Of a stretch of DNA of 64,000 nucleotides, positions 9,701 to 18,463 are shown one piece after another. This DNA comes from a virus. Lineage: Duplodnaviria; Caudoviricetes. Under the pieces are notes generated by a model, which saw only the letters and a list, made by a program, of their open reading frames with translations, was not told the DNA's origin and searched no databases. A program made the position numbers and the translations under genes. The stretch lies in IMG/VR virus record IMGVR_UViG_3300025018_000147, positions 7,403 to 71,402 of that record, one strand, 5' to 3'. Position 1 is the first letter of the stretch, and every line of letters starts with the position of its first letter.

Positions 9701-11970
9701 ATGAAACCATCACTCTTGATACCAGTAAAAACATCTGCCTTGACATGTTTACTGGTTTTATTGGCTTGGTTAATTTTCTTGGTTTTATCCGTTATTTGCT
9801 GCTCGAATTTACCAAGAGTATTCATTTCCTCGACTAACTGTTTTGTTTCCGGAGAAGTATGAGGATTGCTACGTATGGAATTTAAAGTAGAACCAAGAAC
9901 TTTAATATTCGTCTTACCCGTGTTTTCGTAGATATCCTTAATGATACTACTGATCTCTTCCGGATCTTTACTATTGGCTTTTTCCACTACCTTATCAAAG
10001 ATCTCCGAGACAGTCATCTCTGTTGGATGCATGGCTTTAATGGTACGATCCATGTATTCCAGGGTATCTTCTGATTTAATGATTTCAGTGTTCAGCTCTT
10101 TACGTCTGGCAGTCTCCGTAGCACTGAGTCCTTCGGGAGTCTTGGATTTTTCAGTAAGAACATCTATCTCTCGATACTTCTCCCCGATAGTGCTAGTGTG
10201 TCTACCGTACACTTTCACTGCTTGTTCAAGATTATTGAACTTCTCTTCCGAAGTAACATTTTCTCTATCAGAGAATTTCTTCAGACTATCAATAGCAACT
10301 ACCGGATCATAGTCCTTGCTGGTTGGATCGATGAATTTTGTGATGTCTCCTGTCTCTTCAACCTCTTTCATCCTAGGCTTGTAGGTAGGACTGGCAGAGG
10401 TACGATTAATGTTTTCTTCTTGCTTCTGCTCGGGAGTCTTCTCTTTGAATGCACCAGTTATAGCTTTACCGGTACCCTTTACAATAGCAGAACCAACAAG
10501 ACCAACTCCTGCTGCCCCAAGTATTGCTGCTTTAGCTGCGGTTGTACCGACAGATGCTGCCGGCCCCATACTTCCACCGATAGCTGCGCCAAGACCTGTC
10601 TGCAGCAGAGCACTTTCAGTAGAGTCTACTGGTTTAAATTTAGAGGTATAGTCCTCGATGATGGATTGAGCACCTTCGGTTAGACCTTCGGTATGGGTGT
10701 TTACTACTCCAGCACCGAGCTTTTCAGTAGCTTTCATGGCTACCCTGGTGGTGAGCTTAGGAACACCCTCAGCAGCTTTATTGAGCTTATTCAGAAGCAT
10801 CTTCCCGCCCTTACTGGCACCACTGATAGTATAGTCGGAGAACATATCCAGACCGCCTGCGGCGTATGCCTGAGTCTTAATAGAAGATCTTTCCTTATCG
10901 GTAGGAATTCTACCCTTCTCGGTGATGAAAGACTTATAGGCATCTGCCTCTATCTGACCGGCTAAACCAAGAGATTCCAATGCACTCGCAGCAAGACCGG
11001 TTTTACCGAATCCAGCCAGCATAAGATCAACTGCTTCAGTGGATAATAACTGTAGAGCCTCGGTAGGATTCTTTGCCATCTCAAAGACAGAGCGAAATAC
11101 AGTATCAAGTACAGCAGGAGTACCTTTGACTAAACCGACAGCATAGTTGCCTTTAGAGAAATCATCCTTGGCGGCATCAGTCGCAGATACATTTTCCTTT
11201 GCTATCTTGCCGATACGTTCTTCCATCTTAGCACTGAGTGCTGGATTAAAATTCTTGGTTCCAGAGAGTACCTCATCAAATCCTTTGACCAGATCATTCG
11301 CCTTACCCGCGTAATAGTTCCCTCGTTCAATGAGTGTGCGGTTGCTTGAGTGTATTGGTTCAGGCGTACTCATTACCCCACTATCAAGTACTTTCGATTC
11401 TTCCGGAGTGAGTTTGTTCTGCAGCAGCATTGCTTTGAATTCAGCCTGCTTTTGTTTTACCTCTCCGGGAGCAAGCTCATTCTTTACCAGCATATCGGCA
11501 AGTTTTGCATTAAATTGTGGGGTAATACTCTCAAGCTCTTTGTATTTCTGTTCCTTCTGGTATGCCTCAATTGCCCCGTCTTCGATATAGCTACGGGCAT
11601 CACTGCTCAGGATATTCGGAATATAGCTTGCACCTCTGCCAGCCATTTCCGCAGCGTTCATTTTCAAACCTGCACCGATGTTCTTTACTTTAGGCCAGAT
11701 TCCACCGTATTCCAGATCTGCAGTGGTGACTGCTTTACCAGCATTCTGGGCACTGTTCGGATCGAACTTATCCGCTTCAAACTGGAGAGACTGTTGTATG
11801 TTTTGGTTCTGACGGAGTTGATCCTGCTCGTAACGTTTATTGATTGTTGCCAGCAGATCTGAACCACCCATATTGAGTTGTTTTTCTTTAGTAGCTGAGA
11901 CAAGGATTTTACTCTTTGCCTCAGTCAATGACGGTTTGCGTTCTTCTTTTATATCGTCAAAACCATACAT
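799..11970 (-). CDS. Virion-encapsidated RNA polymerase (N4 gp50-like), 3723 aa
   Basis: Single-subunit RNAP motifs A (IEIDGMSNG), B (RKLMKDPVMQTGY) and C (NVHDGFY); giant size; nearly Cys-free (one Cys seen by eye); N4-type synteny; contains an HExxH motif (HELIH) and a SLOG-like insert. Confidence 0.95.
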   Translation of the reverse strand: MYGFDDIKEERKPSLTEAKSKILVSATKEKQLNMGGSDLLATINKRYEQDQLRQNQNIQQSLQFEADKFDPNSAQNAGKAVTTADLEYGGIWPKVKNIGAGLKMNAAEMAGRGASYIPNILSSDARSYIEDGAIEAYQKEQKYKELESITPQFNAKLADMLVKNELAPGEVKQKQAEFKAMLLQNKLTPEESKVLDSGVMSTPEPIHSSNRTLIERGNYYAGKANDLVKGFDEVLSGTKNFNPALSAKMEERIGKIAKENVSATDAAKDDFSKGNYAVGLVKGTPAVLDTVFRSVFEMAKNPTEALQLLSTEAVDLMLAGFGKTGLAASALESLGLAGQIEADAYKSFITEKGRIPTDKERSSIKTQAYAAGGLDMFSDYTISGASKGGKMLLNKLNKAAEGVPKLTTRVAMKATEKLGAGVVNTHTEGLTEGAQSIIEDYTSKFKPVDSTESALLQTGLGAAIGGSMGPAASVGTTAAKAAILGAAGVGLVGSAIVKGTGKAITGAFKEKTPEQKQEENINRTSASPTYKPRMKEVEETGDITKFIDPTSKDYDPVVAIDSLKKFSDRENVTSEEKFNNLEQAVKVYGRHTSTIGEKYREIDVLTEKSKTPEGLSATETARRKELNTEIIKSEDTLEYMDRTIKAMHPTEMTVSEIFDKVVEKANSKDPEEISSIIKDIYENTGKTNIKVLGSTLNSIRSNPHTSPETKQLVEEMNTLGKFEQQITDKTKKINQANKTSKHVKADVFTGIKSDGFIGINSYISSIAQNLKATNEPAAAKALDGLSSFAAGHRIKASTLRRLTEADAKGIPRNPEDVALLNGKLAKQRGGKPYDINPNTQGWLNTLNDIEEEANALEQAVVVANGLFPQYGRKSPITVPVRQEQTKTPNPTAEEVTPSTTANTAPKQVDVIPEGPPVDSYENEIPTVEGEINDSIQATGNTVADTTAAKTTVLVNPQGKEGSISQGTQGDTKEKTEENTEPKITPSNTQTKFTPETVKYTNHSGGALGSDSAWGDVGKPYGVISNHYYQDKTPKGNVKITPEQLKEGLVKAKQAAKDLGKYWSNKPYVQGLLARNWQQVKNADAVFAVGTIKGEYTDGGTGYAVAMAIRERKPVYVFDQTKESWFKKSNKGWEKIDTPILTPNFAGIGTRKLSTVGKKAIESVYAKTFQKDSTEQLGDNVSVDKPVEPSEKTPAALVESQQIETNTVEAQNTEKVSDKVEEEAPVELYRKSPVAKDLTTLPENSTPVDKLKPKDYQTINPLHYFFQAAGNAKNNVLQMIDNFFPTLKQLITEGKLAELTSVFNGKRFVTADDRFMLDHMQRYASYFSETVQKSVFKPKSKQMFYYEDFLQWFAPDGIIPENVRGAMATVTYKWLATQGEGTLENEDKAMTSLLGLKDGTELNAQARSILHDIGVSETFLIETLGRDILKLVGITTTKDAPVDYTERMQRALAMTALATLEEMNMVEQKVAYTGLYSETAKQDFAPGTFGIEGLKQSVLDDLDYEKRITSNPLRQITRSSNKFFTSHNRNEANNGKTKSNFYHVKVAKPVPGKQNQERKPIEPIYRIQQAWKASPKLWDRLFTGEAAKEGHSWEKYKIGKKFRMAIEKTKNLATVAQSRAVINNVNKSYELSHNTANIAMLFGRKRLLELIGNEDPSKKHISKAASIASANKDRERSLDIWLDWMEEAAKQPKGLKSLFYIPAKIVKNLRVHQVGKINSQGDKFHRYVFTMSEWKSTFALDSDNEIETFKETLFLDAVALSIGLEHSKKGGKDEVLRLVKEAMEKEVFFKARAAIDLLLNFTGSKELDMEALAELGEKHPQALDDIMTGVRAGGKKISTLKGLVEYTRYMRAKSDQSNLHGNNILEFTTDIPIEIDGMSNGPVILMVQMLVNNISPEILFALRNGGFSFDKLQGEVAKHLQKPWNMDVYKSGGIAWRRALLAREKVLTDEFNEIKNENSPRSRAVKQELTRLHIAERLFGSMVDNDGYATDTLRKLMKDPVMQTGYSAGEESIINGLSRTLIEDIFTAKLEDIAANNKIDDLINLVDDMRRLANLPLNSDAKNVFTVDVDKLKDSKGVLIPAAVLKLTLPDATKAAIHNHIEANHGRALVNGIDELYGNIKYAKNAVNNSMNVAAALYNVVRAHLVAKKKQELIDAKQLGILYIKKNKKTKEDVDHYVDLSKEQYAEIDEQLKDMYPSVATPFEGGLLDMATEDPTKSYTGESVEQQYASKKLHKKSSHLAEKGILGSVGVSPMVALTQMVDASISTLMQRRGIAILNVHDGFYTGIDGVVALNEALNEIMFETLRDYSIPHEVNASLHKTIAAFNEFKETNITDEDSKIQFALDMLAEFQRIGISRYTKSDGTVVRPYDKVIYEFRETQPESKLSDEEIIAQIVSSRMDDIADRAVKNKAILMDMVTGLNHYNWGPKGYTVPKTKKKAKPKEVKGSFEPAAIDTSTLDAQAETAQKAVIEAMQKSADEIADLWESSYPTYVSDTLPNKPVVSRKPYDYAARDTYVSMQSRTEGEAHTVLGNADDPVSLDSNEYDEHIELNQENAVGVYDRLKTIGLDRVTDSHDSHLRHIMNNILTKVMNPVDLYLKTQVTNNTNGVFVPEQNKIFLRAQAMGLDPNTPAEQVYIHELIHAITHSGLKMSSYLNRQAQVLYDMAKEVIRPEDFLDDPTGVVTPEAQAKWDYIFGNQTVKEVTTVNTATGLKQTKKYSSHLDEFISHGLTDPNLVRALARLPIDTKKKALFTRGTWQGIIGSNFYETLVNLFNRIMDVVMNNYGKSKPTDNVATELERLAMRLATVDSKHKTMIGKAMDKYDGTYSKIAEWSNEKIKAIVAKTPVGKVNRTVKNLTAMLEDQDSKAGQMMRDIRNHIDGIHMGFGKYIVREVRGLTDRLAPIHRLINTKDIIVDKARMEAVSTYMEHLKSLWQRDLIPTEKIALLKGAIKTDMSVLLEDYSMNDITAMMDNEKTLDSAIFEIIRLIKSNKALQSHINFYQRQAQSLGLYMSHGKTTEGNTLLNAHLIGSLKNTKHEGKLTTEQALAAEQLVDKLATLYALKFTPSSHKLIFTKLLKEDPDAVRDVLVQHREIQRQAKKDLFFDNPNMIIKGYTKEITDTKVNILAAAGDAVTEAELVAQGYTKSKLPIKRDKDDKEQTPIYVYTSDTGSINDWHATIASLTGNGHKGTDVFDVYAQLDNNGTDARANHKRLVQKKQDALNDQFNAPMVPYNRDREYGNAMLPLVNTDGHVVKYRYMMNEDTKDDVLKKHNEYDAVLSAMAGQILDKVGTTYINRELVSALKDMYNSEYKDRFRNYVEIGPNARDLKHRELYYMLPEQARIDIAEIWGDDTMMVAQDVVDLAFGFRKYSITQAFNKNPEDRAFIEKMIVNIFQSIFKNKGITRAKQVEEFMIQATKVAKNNIIVRGLQVTIGNYVSNVLFCKAKGVTNANIHKWHNEAMAGIIRYVTDKKNLEQAKLKLIAAQNHKPTATLTQVTLDKTTQKIKDDIVRLENTIALNPVTDVVDAGLMQSIIDDIETTSVQSPYPGMFEQLGEQLAKYTPDKLATIGKEIVMAEDTQSYKILNNLVKTTDFIGRYIMYKQYTTVEKGDLKMDHNEAVAQVLHDFVNFNLPSHKMIEYGNQIGLIWFSKYALRILKPIKDMVKEKPFQAIMTLVFASVYALPSVFESIPFISKNPLNVFGNPLSALTDSSDEILTATSGEWVLDQL

Positions 11971-11999
11971 ATTTCAATTCTCCATATGTAGCCAAGTTA

Positions 12000-13757
12000 T
12001 TAGCGAATACGATTAGTTTTAGCTATGCCGTTTACAGCATTATTAGCCTTGGCTATTCCGTCCAGTATAGCCTGGATAGATGTCATGTCTTCACCGTGTG
12101 CTGGTACAGTATCAAGTGGCGGAGGAGGTGCATTTGGCTTAGTTTTAAGCTGTTTCTCACGAGCAGCTACATACTTTTTGAGTTCTGCTACTTGGGAAGT
12201 GTCTACATTATTCTTCGCACCCCAAGTTTTAAAATTAAACTTTTGGTTATTTAGTTTTGCTTGATTAAAAGATTCCATAAGATTAACTGCGTCATTCGTA
12301 GTAAGTTCTGCTACTTTAAGTTTATCCTTGGCAATAGCAGTTTCCGATTCTAGCTTATGTTGAGACAGCATATTTAGAGCATTCTGTCTTTGAGCGTTTT
12401 CCACAATACGTTGTTTCATTTCAGGTGCGCTATAACTGGCTGCTCCACGCCAGGTTTCAGTTGTTCCGCCATGGGCATCTGCCGCACCAAGTACGATGCG
12501 ATTAGCATCGGCTACACTGAAACCTTGTTTGACTAATGCGTCAGCTTCTTTCGTAAAAAACTCTCTTGCACCCGTATCAAGTACAGCAGCAGACCACCAA
12601 CCTTTGTTACCTAGGAAACCTTCGTCATCTGTAGTGTCTTTAATCTTACCAAGTATTGATCCTATATTGCCTTCCATATTGATTTTTTCAAATCGTCCGG
12701 CGGGCATATACTCATTTTGAGTTATTTGATGATCAAGATTAGCCAGATATGCATTACCTTCAGCTAATGCAGCAGTACCTTCATTCTGTATAGCCTGGTT
12801 TTCTGCAGCAAACTTCATCTGTTCTTCTGGAGTCTGTTGTGTTAACAGATTAATTCTGTTACTTAGCGCTAAATTAGCTTTATCACTAGCCGAACCAGGA
12901 AGACTCATAAGATGTGCTCTAGCTGCACCTTCATCTCCTGTTGCTGCAATAGCTTGAGCTTCACCTAAGACTTTTTCATAGAGCAGCTCTCTATTACGGT
13001 CACCCTGATTCTGTTTAAATAGTGTCTGACTATTGGCAAATGATTGCGCTTGTTGACCTCGACTAACATCAGCATAACGTTCTGCTTTCTCACCCCGAGC
13101 AACATCGTAGAGTTCCTTGACATTGATCTTGGTACCATACAGCTTGTTCTGTTCGGCTACAAAGGCATCCTGCTCCTTGGCAGACATACCTTGCATCTGA
13201 CCTATTAACTGGTTGTTTAAAAGTGTTCTGGCTGCATCTTCTTTCTGTTTATAGAGAGCCAAACCATTCTGCAGGAAGTTAGCTGATTGATCTTGATTAA
13301 AGGATTCCTTGGCTCCTGCCTCACGCAACGAATTACTAAATGCTTCAGCAGCAGATACAGTAGAACCAGATTTATTTGCTACATTCTGTCCAGTAAGCAT
13401 TGCCTGGTCTACAGCATCACTTCGAAGTTTACCTTGCAGAGTACTCTTCAGAGCATCAATAGCACTTTGGTCATATTGAGTACCAAGCTGACCTCTATTT
13501 GTTGCAGCGTCAAAAAGTTGCTCATTATTATTGAAATCACCAATGGTACCCATCCTGCCCTTTAAATTAGCTATTAGGTCATCAGTATTTATTTTTGCTT
13601 GATTATCCCAATTTGCATCACCGATTGTACGTTGATCAGTAGCAAGTTGTTTAATACCTGTGGTAGCATTATCAAAATTTTTACCTGCCTGAGCAAAACC
13701 AAGCATGGAATCCCTGAAATCCGGTAGTGCAATGTTGTCCCAGCGTATTATTGACAT
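12000..13757 (-). CDS. Internal virion/ejection protein (N4 gp51-like position)
   Basis: 585 aa, helical Gln/Ala-rich, no Cys seen; sits directly upstream of vRNAP as in N4. Confidence 0.6.
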   Translation of the reverse strand: MSIIRWDNIALPDFRDSMLGFAQAGKNFDNATTGIKQLATDQRTIGDANWDNQAKINTDDLIANLKGRMGTIGDFNNNEQLFDAATNRGQLGTQYDQSAIDALKSTLQGKLRSDAVDQAMLTGQNVANKSGSTVSAAEAFSNSLREAGAKESFNQDQSANFLQNGLALYKQKEDAARTLLNNQLIGQMQGMSAKEQDAFVAEQNKLYGTKINVKELYDVARGEKAERYADVSRGQQAQSFANSQTLFKQNQGDRNRELLYEKVLGEAQAIAATGDEGAARAHLMSLPGSASDKANLALSNRINLLTQQTPEEQMKFAAENQAIQNEGTAALAEGNAYLANLDHQITQNEYMPAGRFEKINMEGNIGSILGKIKDTTDDEGFLGNKGWWSAAVLDTGAREFFTKEADALVKQGFSVADANRIVLGAADAHGGTTETWRGAASYSAPEMKQRIVENAQRQNALNMLSQHKLESETAIAKDKLKVAELTTNDAVNLMESFNQAKLNNQKFNFKTWGAKNNVDTSQVAELKKYVAAREKQLKTKPNAPPPPLDTVPAHGEDMTSIQAILDGIAKANNAVNGIAKTNRIR

Positions 13758-14332
13758 GAGGCGCTCCTTATTAGTTGTTGACCTAACAAAATCAGATTAC
13801 CTTTTATTACAGCAGGAGCGTCTTTAGCACTAGCAGCAGCTATTAAATAAGCACCCTTTGCTTTTTGGTATGCCGCTTTAGCCAGAGCAACAGTAGTAAA
13901 CACACCTAAGTATACACTTTTACCATGACAACTGAATCTAGCTTGGTATTTACCCGATTTATAACTAACACCCATAGGAAATGGTCCTCTCTTTCCTTTA
14001 CTGTCGAGCAATACGTTGTTTAACCATCGGGGAACAAATACACACGTACTGGCAGAATACACTTTGTTACCTGATATTATTAAATCTTTGTCCAAGTGGT
14101 ACCCTTCTACATAGTTAGCCTCAAACCAAGGGACAAAATTTTGAAAATTATGCCATGTAGTGCACACGGTGCATTCTTTGTATGTAGGGTGCTTTTCATG
14201 AGACTTACTGGAATAACATCTCTCTAACATACCAGCCCACAAACTATACGCTTTAGGGTGGGTTAAACTGTCATATTCACCGTAGTTCATAACACCAACA
14301 CCATATAATGTTTTAAGCTTATTGGGTGCCAT
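13748..14332 (-). CDS. Free-standing HNH-type homing endonuclease with C-terminal AP2-like domain
   Basis: W..MLERCY...YKECTVC..WHNFQNF..W...LDKD motif followed by GVSY...YQARF...KSVYLGVF; inserted between conserved virion genes. Confidence 0.8.
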   Translation of the reverse strand: MAPNKLKTLYGVGVMNYGEYDSLTHPKAYSLWAGMLERCYSSKSHEKHPTYKECTVCTTWHNFQNFVPWFEANYVEGYHLDKDLIISGNKVYSASTCVFVPRWLNNVLLDSKGKRGPFPMGVSYKSGKYQARFSCHGKSVYLGVFTTVALAKAAYQKAKGAYLIAAASAKDAPAVIKGNLILLGQQLIRSASCQ

Positions 14333-14335
14333 CTC

Positions 14336-14908
14336 TTACCCCACCTTGTTTTGTTTCATGTATTCATCCGGACTCTGGTATCTGTTCGGATCACGAGCGT
14401 ATCGTACTGCTTGGCGATCACGTAGTGACGCATTGGTCAAAGTTGCCTGATTATTAAACTGCCTGCTGAAGGCATCCTTTTGAAAGTCAAGAGTATCTTC
14501 CGCCAATCCTACTTGCTTACCACCAAGCCATGCTTGAGCGCCTGAACCAAGTAAACTAGCTATTGGTGATATCATTCCAGAAGTTTGAAAACCGGTCTTT
14601 GTGTTCTTACCACCAAAAAGCGCGGTGAATAGCCCATTACCGGTATAACTTGTATCTCCTCCACCATCCGGGACAAGACCACCTAATGCTGCCATAGGAC
14701 TGACTGCACCGGGAAGATTAAAACCCTGATTGGCAGGCATACCTGAAGCATAACTGGGAGCCTGATACATAGTATTGAACGCCATACTATTTAATGAATT
14801 ATCCGTAGCTCCAGCAATAGGCTGAAATACGCTAGGTGAATTGTTAGTTGTATTGGGTTGTCCCCAACCCTTCATACTGGCAACTAGTTTATCTAACCAT
14901 TCTGACAT
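14336..14908 (-). CDS. Structural protein (N4 gp52-like)
   Basis: C-terminus FQKDAFSRQFNNQATLTNASLRDRQ..R; synteny. Confidence 0.7.
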   Translation of the reverse strand: MSEWLDKLVASMKGWGQPNTTNNSPSVFQPIAGATDNSLNSMAFNTMYQAPSYASGMPANQGFNLPGAVSPMAALGGLVPDGGGDTSYTGNGLFTALFGGKNTKTGFQTSGMISPIASLLGSGAQAWLGGKQVGLAEDTLDFQKDAFSRQFNNQATLTNASLRDRQAVRYARDPNRYQSPDEYMKQNKVG

Positions 14909-14926
14909 GTGCTTCTCCTTCTTGGT

Positions 14927-17170
14927 TTAAGTGTAATCTGGTTCAGGTAATTTTAGCATTATATCATAGTAATTGCTAATTACATCTAAGGCGACAGTAC
15001 CTATATTTCCTTGGTGTACTGTTCGCTGGTAAAACTCACCGGGAGTTTCATTAAAATTAGTATATTCAAGCGGCTTTTGAATAAAGTAAAGAGGATTAAA
15101 ATCACTGCGGGTATCAAGTAATGCTTGAGCTTCTTCCAGTTCTTTTGTCTTCGCGTCTGCTTCTGACTGAAAAGCGATGTATTCATTCTGAACTTCTTGG
15201 AGTTGTTCCAGAACAAATCCCCTAGCTGCTTCCATTAAAGACATCGCCGCAGACATACACATCTGTGCAGTCGTTGTACCAGTAATAGGATTCATACCGG
15301 TACTACCCATACCCATTTTAAAAATGCTGAATATAGCTAATACTGCCCCAAGAATCATTGCTGCATCAACACCAATAAGATTAACCACTAATTTAAACGC
15401 AAAACTAAGTGCTACAGCTATTAAGGCTTTAAAGACTAAATTCATTAATAGTTGACCTACACCTTTAGCAAATGCCGCAGACAATCCTGCCATCCAACCA
15501 GTTGTACCACCTGCGGAAATTACAGTAACAATAACACCTACAGCCATAACTAAAAATTTAAAAAATGAACTTTCATACCACTCTAATTTTACTACTTCAT
15601 AAGAGTTTATTACTAAAACCAAAGAATTATTAAAGAGTTGGTTTCGAACCAATAAAGGTAATCCTTGGGCTATACCATAGTGTACAGGTATGATAAAATT
15701 TTTATCTAAAGGGTCCATAATTGATAGTGCATCAGATACAACTGCGTGCCGAGTATAGATGTAATTTCTATGACTAGGATCGTATATACATACTTCTTTA
15801 TATTGTGTTGGCGTAATTTGTAAACGGTATGTAATAGAATGACGTGTAACAGTAACAAACTCTTCAGTACCAGCATCTCCGGTATAGTTTCCAGTAGCTA
15901 TATTATATGATTCAGAAAAATGTTCTTTAGTAGCATGATACAGGGGTCCAATAACACCAACTTTAATAATAGAAGAAATATAACTGAAACTTATTTCTAT
16001 GTTTAGACTGTACTCCAGTAAACTAAGATCTGTTACTTGATTAGTTGCCGATCTATAAATTGCTGGGCGTACTATTGTAGCTGGAATAAGTTTACCTGTA
16101 GCCAAAGCATTGCTATAGTCAAACTGAGTATATTTTTGTACATCAGAAAGATAATCAAAGTATTCTATTAAATAACGTAAATCAGTTAAATCTTCCGATC
16201 CAGCGTCAATACCAAACATAATATAGGCGTGATCAATATCGGCAATACTTGGATTAGCATTTAATTGAGTAGCTAAGGCATCTATATCAAGTTTAATCTT
16301 CTTTAGTAGTTTTTTACTAGTTTGGTAAAGTTCATCATCAATAGTTGTAAGATCAATATTATTGCGGCGTATAGGAATAACCGGCATAAACGCGTCTGAA
16401 CCAAAAGACTCTAAATCTACTTCTAGTGTGGGGTGTACATTAGTGTACATTTGGTAGAACCAAAAAGATCCACTATCTGGATCAAGTTCACCAAGTGCAT
16501 TGAAAGTAAAGTAATAACAAATAACATATCTTCCACCGAGAACAAGATCAGCGGGTACAGCCACTACTTCAGAAAAGTTTTCTGTGTGTGCATACTCCAT
16601 ATACTGTCCGTCATTTTCAGTATACGTGTGGTACTCATGCGTGTAATACAGGGTTACTTGCGTACCTTCTGCATCCATATCTACATTTTGTAGTAAGACC
16701 GGATATGTTTTTTCTAAACTAAGCATATCCTCACCGACAAGTACCGGTATTTCAAAGGTAGGCGTAAGAGTAAATGGGTGAGTCAGTATAGCATTATCTG
16801 TTCTACCATATCCTCTGGTATTGACTAGAAAAGGTAGCATAACAGTTTTTGCATTGAGTATGTCTATGAAGGCATAATCAATAGCAACTTCTTTACCAAG
16901 TTCTGCAACAATAACTTCACGGATGACATCATCTGGAATAGATTGTAGACCACCGAGTTGACCTGAAGGTAAACCAAGAGTGTAGTAATCTTTAGCATAC
17001 CTATATGCTTTTCCAGCAACATTGGCCATATTACCTAAGGATTCATTAACAAGATTTGCAGCTATGCTTTCTCCAGATATAACAGCACCAAGCACAATAT
17101 CAGCACTACGGTTTTTCTGCTCAACCATCAGTGGCATAGTTACAGCGGAAATATATGTTTTTTTGCCCAT
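14927..17170 (-). CDS. Structural protein (N4 gp53-like)
   Basis: 747 aa with hydrophobic segments near the C-terminus; synteny between gp52- and gp54-like genes. Confidence 0.65.
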   Translation of the reverse strand: MGKKTYISAVTMPLMVEQKNRSADIVLGAVISGESIAANLVNESLGNMANVAGKAYRYAKDYYTLGLPSGQLGGLQSIPDDVIREVIVAELGKEVAIDYAFIDILNAKTVMLPFLVNTRGYGRTDNAILTHPFTLTPTFEIPVLVGEDMLSLEKTYPVLLQNVDMDAEGTQVTLYYTHEYHTYTENDGQYMEYAHTENFSEVVAVPADLVLGGRYVICYYFTFNALGELDPDSGSFWFYQMYTNVHPTLEVDLESFGSDAFMPVIPIRRNNIDLTTIDDELYQTSKKLLKKIKLDIDALATQLNANPSIADIDHAYIMFGIDAGSEDLTDLRYLIEYFDYLSDVQKYTQFDYSNALATGKLIPATIVRPAIYRSATNQVTDLSLLEYSLNIEISFSYISSIIKVGVIGPLYHATKEHFSESYNIATGNYTGDAGTEEFVTVTRHSITYRLQITPTQYKEVCIYDPSHRNYIYTRHAVVSDALSIMDPLDKNFIIPVHYGIAQGLPLLVRNQLFNNSLVLVINSYEVVKLEWYESSFFKFLVMAVGVIVTVISAGGTTGWMAGLSAAFAKGVGQLLMNLVFKALIAVALSFAFKLVVNLIGVDAAMILGAVLAIFSIFKMGMGSTGMNPITGTTTAQMCMSAAMSLMEAARGFVLEQLQEVQNEYIAFQSEADAKTKELEEAQALLDTRSDFNPLYFIQKPLEYTNFNETPGEFYQRTVHQGNIGTVALDVISNYYDIMLKLPEPDYT

Positions 17171-17182
17171 GATTTATCCATA

Positions 17183-17209
17183 AAAAAAGGGAGGCAAAAG
17201 CCTCCCCGG
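17183..17209 (-). terminator. Intrinsic terminator
   Basis: Minus strand ggggaggc-tttt-gcctccc followed by a T run. Confidence 0.75.
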
Positions 17210-17239
17210 TAATAATTAGTGTTTCCCCATGGTATGAGG

Positions 17240-18448
17240 TTACACGCCTATACCTTGCTTGGCTTTAGCAATAACAACATCTATATGATCGCTTGTTATT
17301 CCAGTAGGATCGTATGCATTTTCGTCTACAGTTTTTAAAACCGACCAACCGTTAAGTAGTGTAGTTAACACTTTTTGCTCGGCATCTCTAGCGTAACCAG
17401 CAGTTTGTGCCGCATAGAGTAATTTCTGTTTATCTACTACTCCAGTAACTCCAGTAGAACCATTTAAGGCAATACCCAAAGGAATAGTATCAGAAGTACT
17501 TGCTAGTTCGGTTATTGCTTTTTGGTTCAACAACTGTGTCTCGGCTTCAGTCTTGGTAATAGAAGCCGTGAGCATAGTCAGCTCGCCATTGATCTTATCG
17601 ATGTTTGCCTGAATTAAATCCGTCTGAGCTGCTACCTGAAGAATCTCCGCACTAATTTTATCAATCTCTGCTGCAATCTTACTGGAGTCACTATTGGTTT
17701 TAGCAACCTGAGCTATGATGAGATCAACTTCATGCCCTATACGCGCAGTCTCAGCCAGTGTCTTGTCTAGATTAGCATTAATAATAGCGAGTGACGCGGC
17801 TGTATTAGCAGTCTCAGCAATAATTTTTAGGGTATCTGCTGCAGTGTGTTCTACCTGTGTAGCAATAGCACTAGTTTCTGCTTTTACTTTTAAGGTATCC
17901 GCTTCAGTATTTAATACCTGTGCTGTAATAGCATTAGTCTCAGCAGTTATCTTTAAAGTATTCGCCTCAGTATTTAATACCTGTGCTGTAATAGCACTAG
18001 TCTCAGCAGTTACCTTTAGGGTACTCGCTTCAGTATTTAGTACCTGTGCTGCAACAGCACTAGTTTCAGCTTTTATCTTTAAAGTATCCGCTTCAGTATT
18101 TAATACTTGCGTAGCAACAGCATTAGTCTCAGCGTCTATCTTACGCGTTGATGCTTCTGTATTTAGTACTTGTGCTGCAATGGCATTTGTTTCAGCGACT
18201 GTCTTGGCAATATTTGCCTCAATCTGCTCTTCACGAGGAGCACTGACTAGGAATTGAACCGAAGCCTGCATTACTGCAGTCATTGCCCCCAAATATACTG
18301 TAGCGTACTCTTTACCGGTAATTCGACCAAGAGTGAATTCCTGCTCCAGATGCGCTTTGGCGGCAGTCATAAGATTGTCGAATACACCTGTACCGTCAAC
18401 TGTTGTTGTAGTTAGTTTAGTTACATCTATATCTGCTAGCATGGTCAA
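17240..18448 (-). CDS. Structural protein (N4 gp54-like) with internal 21-aa repeats
   Basis: N-terminus GTGVFDNLMTAAKAHLEQEF..GRITGKEYATVYLG; C-terminus KQKLLYAAQTAGYARDAEQK. Confidence 0.75.
   Translation of the reverse strand: MTMLADIDVTKLTTTTVDGTGVFDNLMTAAKAHLEQEFTLGRITGKEYATVYLGAMTAVMQASVQFLVSAPREEQIEANIAKTVAETNAIAAQVLNTEASTRKIDAETNAVATQVLNTEADTLKIKAETSAVAAQVLNTEASTLKVTAETSAITAQVLNTEANTLKITAETNAITAQVLNTEADTLKVKAETSAIATQVEHTAADTLKIIAETANTAASLAIINANLDKTLAETARIGHEVDLIIAQVAKTNSDSSKIAAEIDKISAEILQVAAQTDLIQANIDKINGELTMLTASITKTEAETQLLNQKAITELASTSDTIPLGIALNGSTGVTGVVDKQKLLYAAQTAGYARDAEQKVLTTLLNGWSVLKTVDENAYDPTGITSDHIDVVIAKAKQGIGV
17800..18200 (-). repeat. About six tandem 63-nt coding repeats (AETxAIxAQVLNTEAxTLKIx)
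   Basis: cagtatttaatacctgtgctgtaatagca recurs with a 63-nt period (e.g. near 17905 and 17968). Confidence 0.85.
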
Positions 18449-18463
18449 TTCCTAATCAGAATA

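Noticed and set aside
1909-11903. Numerous plus-strand ORFs of 60-170 aa inside the vRNAP gene
   Set aside because: They are antisense shadows of a long coding frame, with no RBS or motifs and an unnatural composition.
17800-18200. Regularly spaced repeats resembling a CRISPR array
   Set aside because: They are in-frame coding tandem repeats without unique spacers; no CRISPR array or cas gene was seen in the window.
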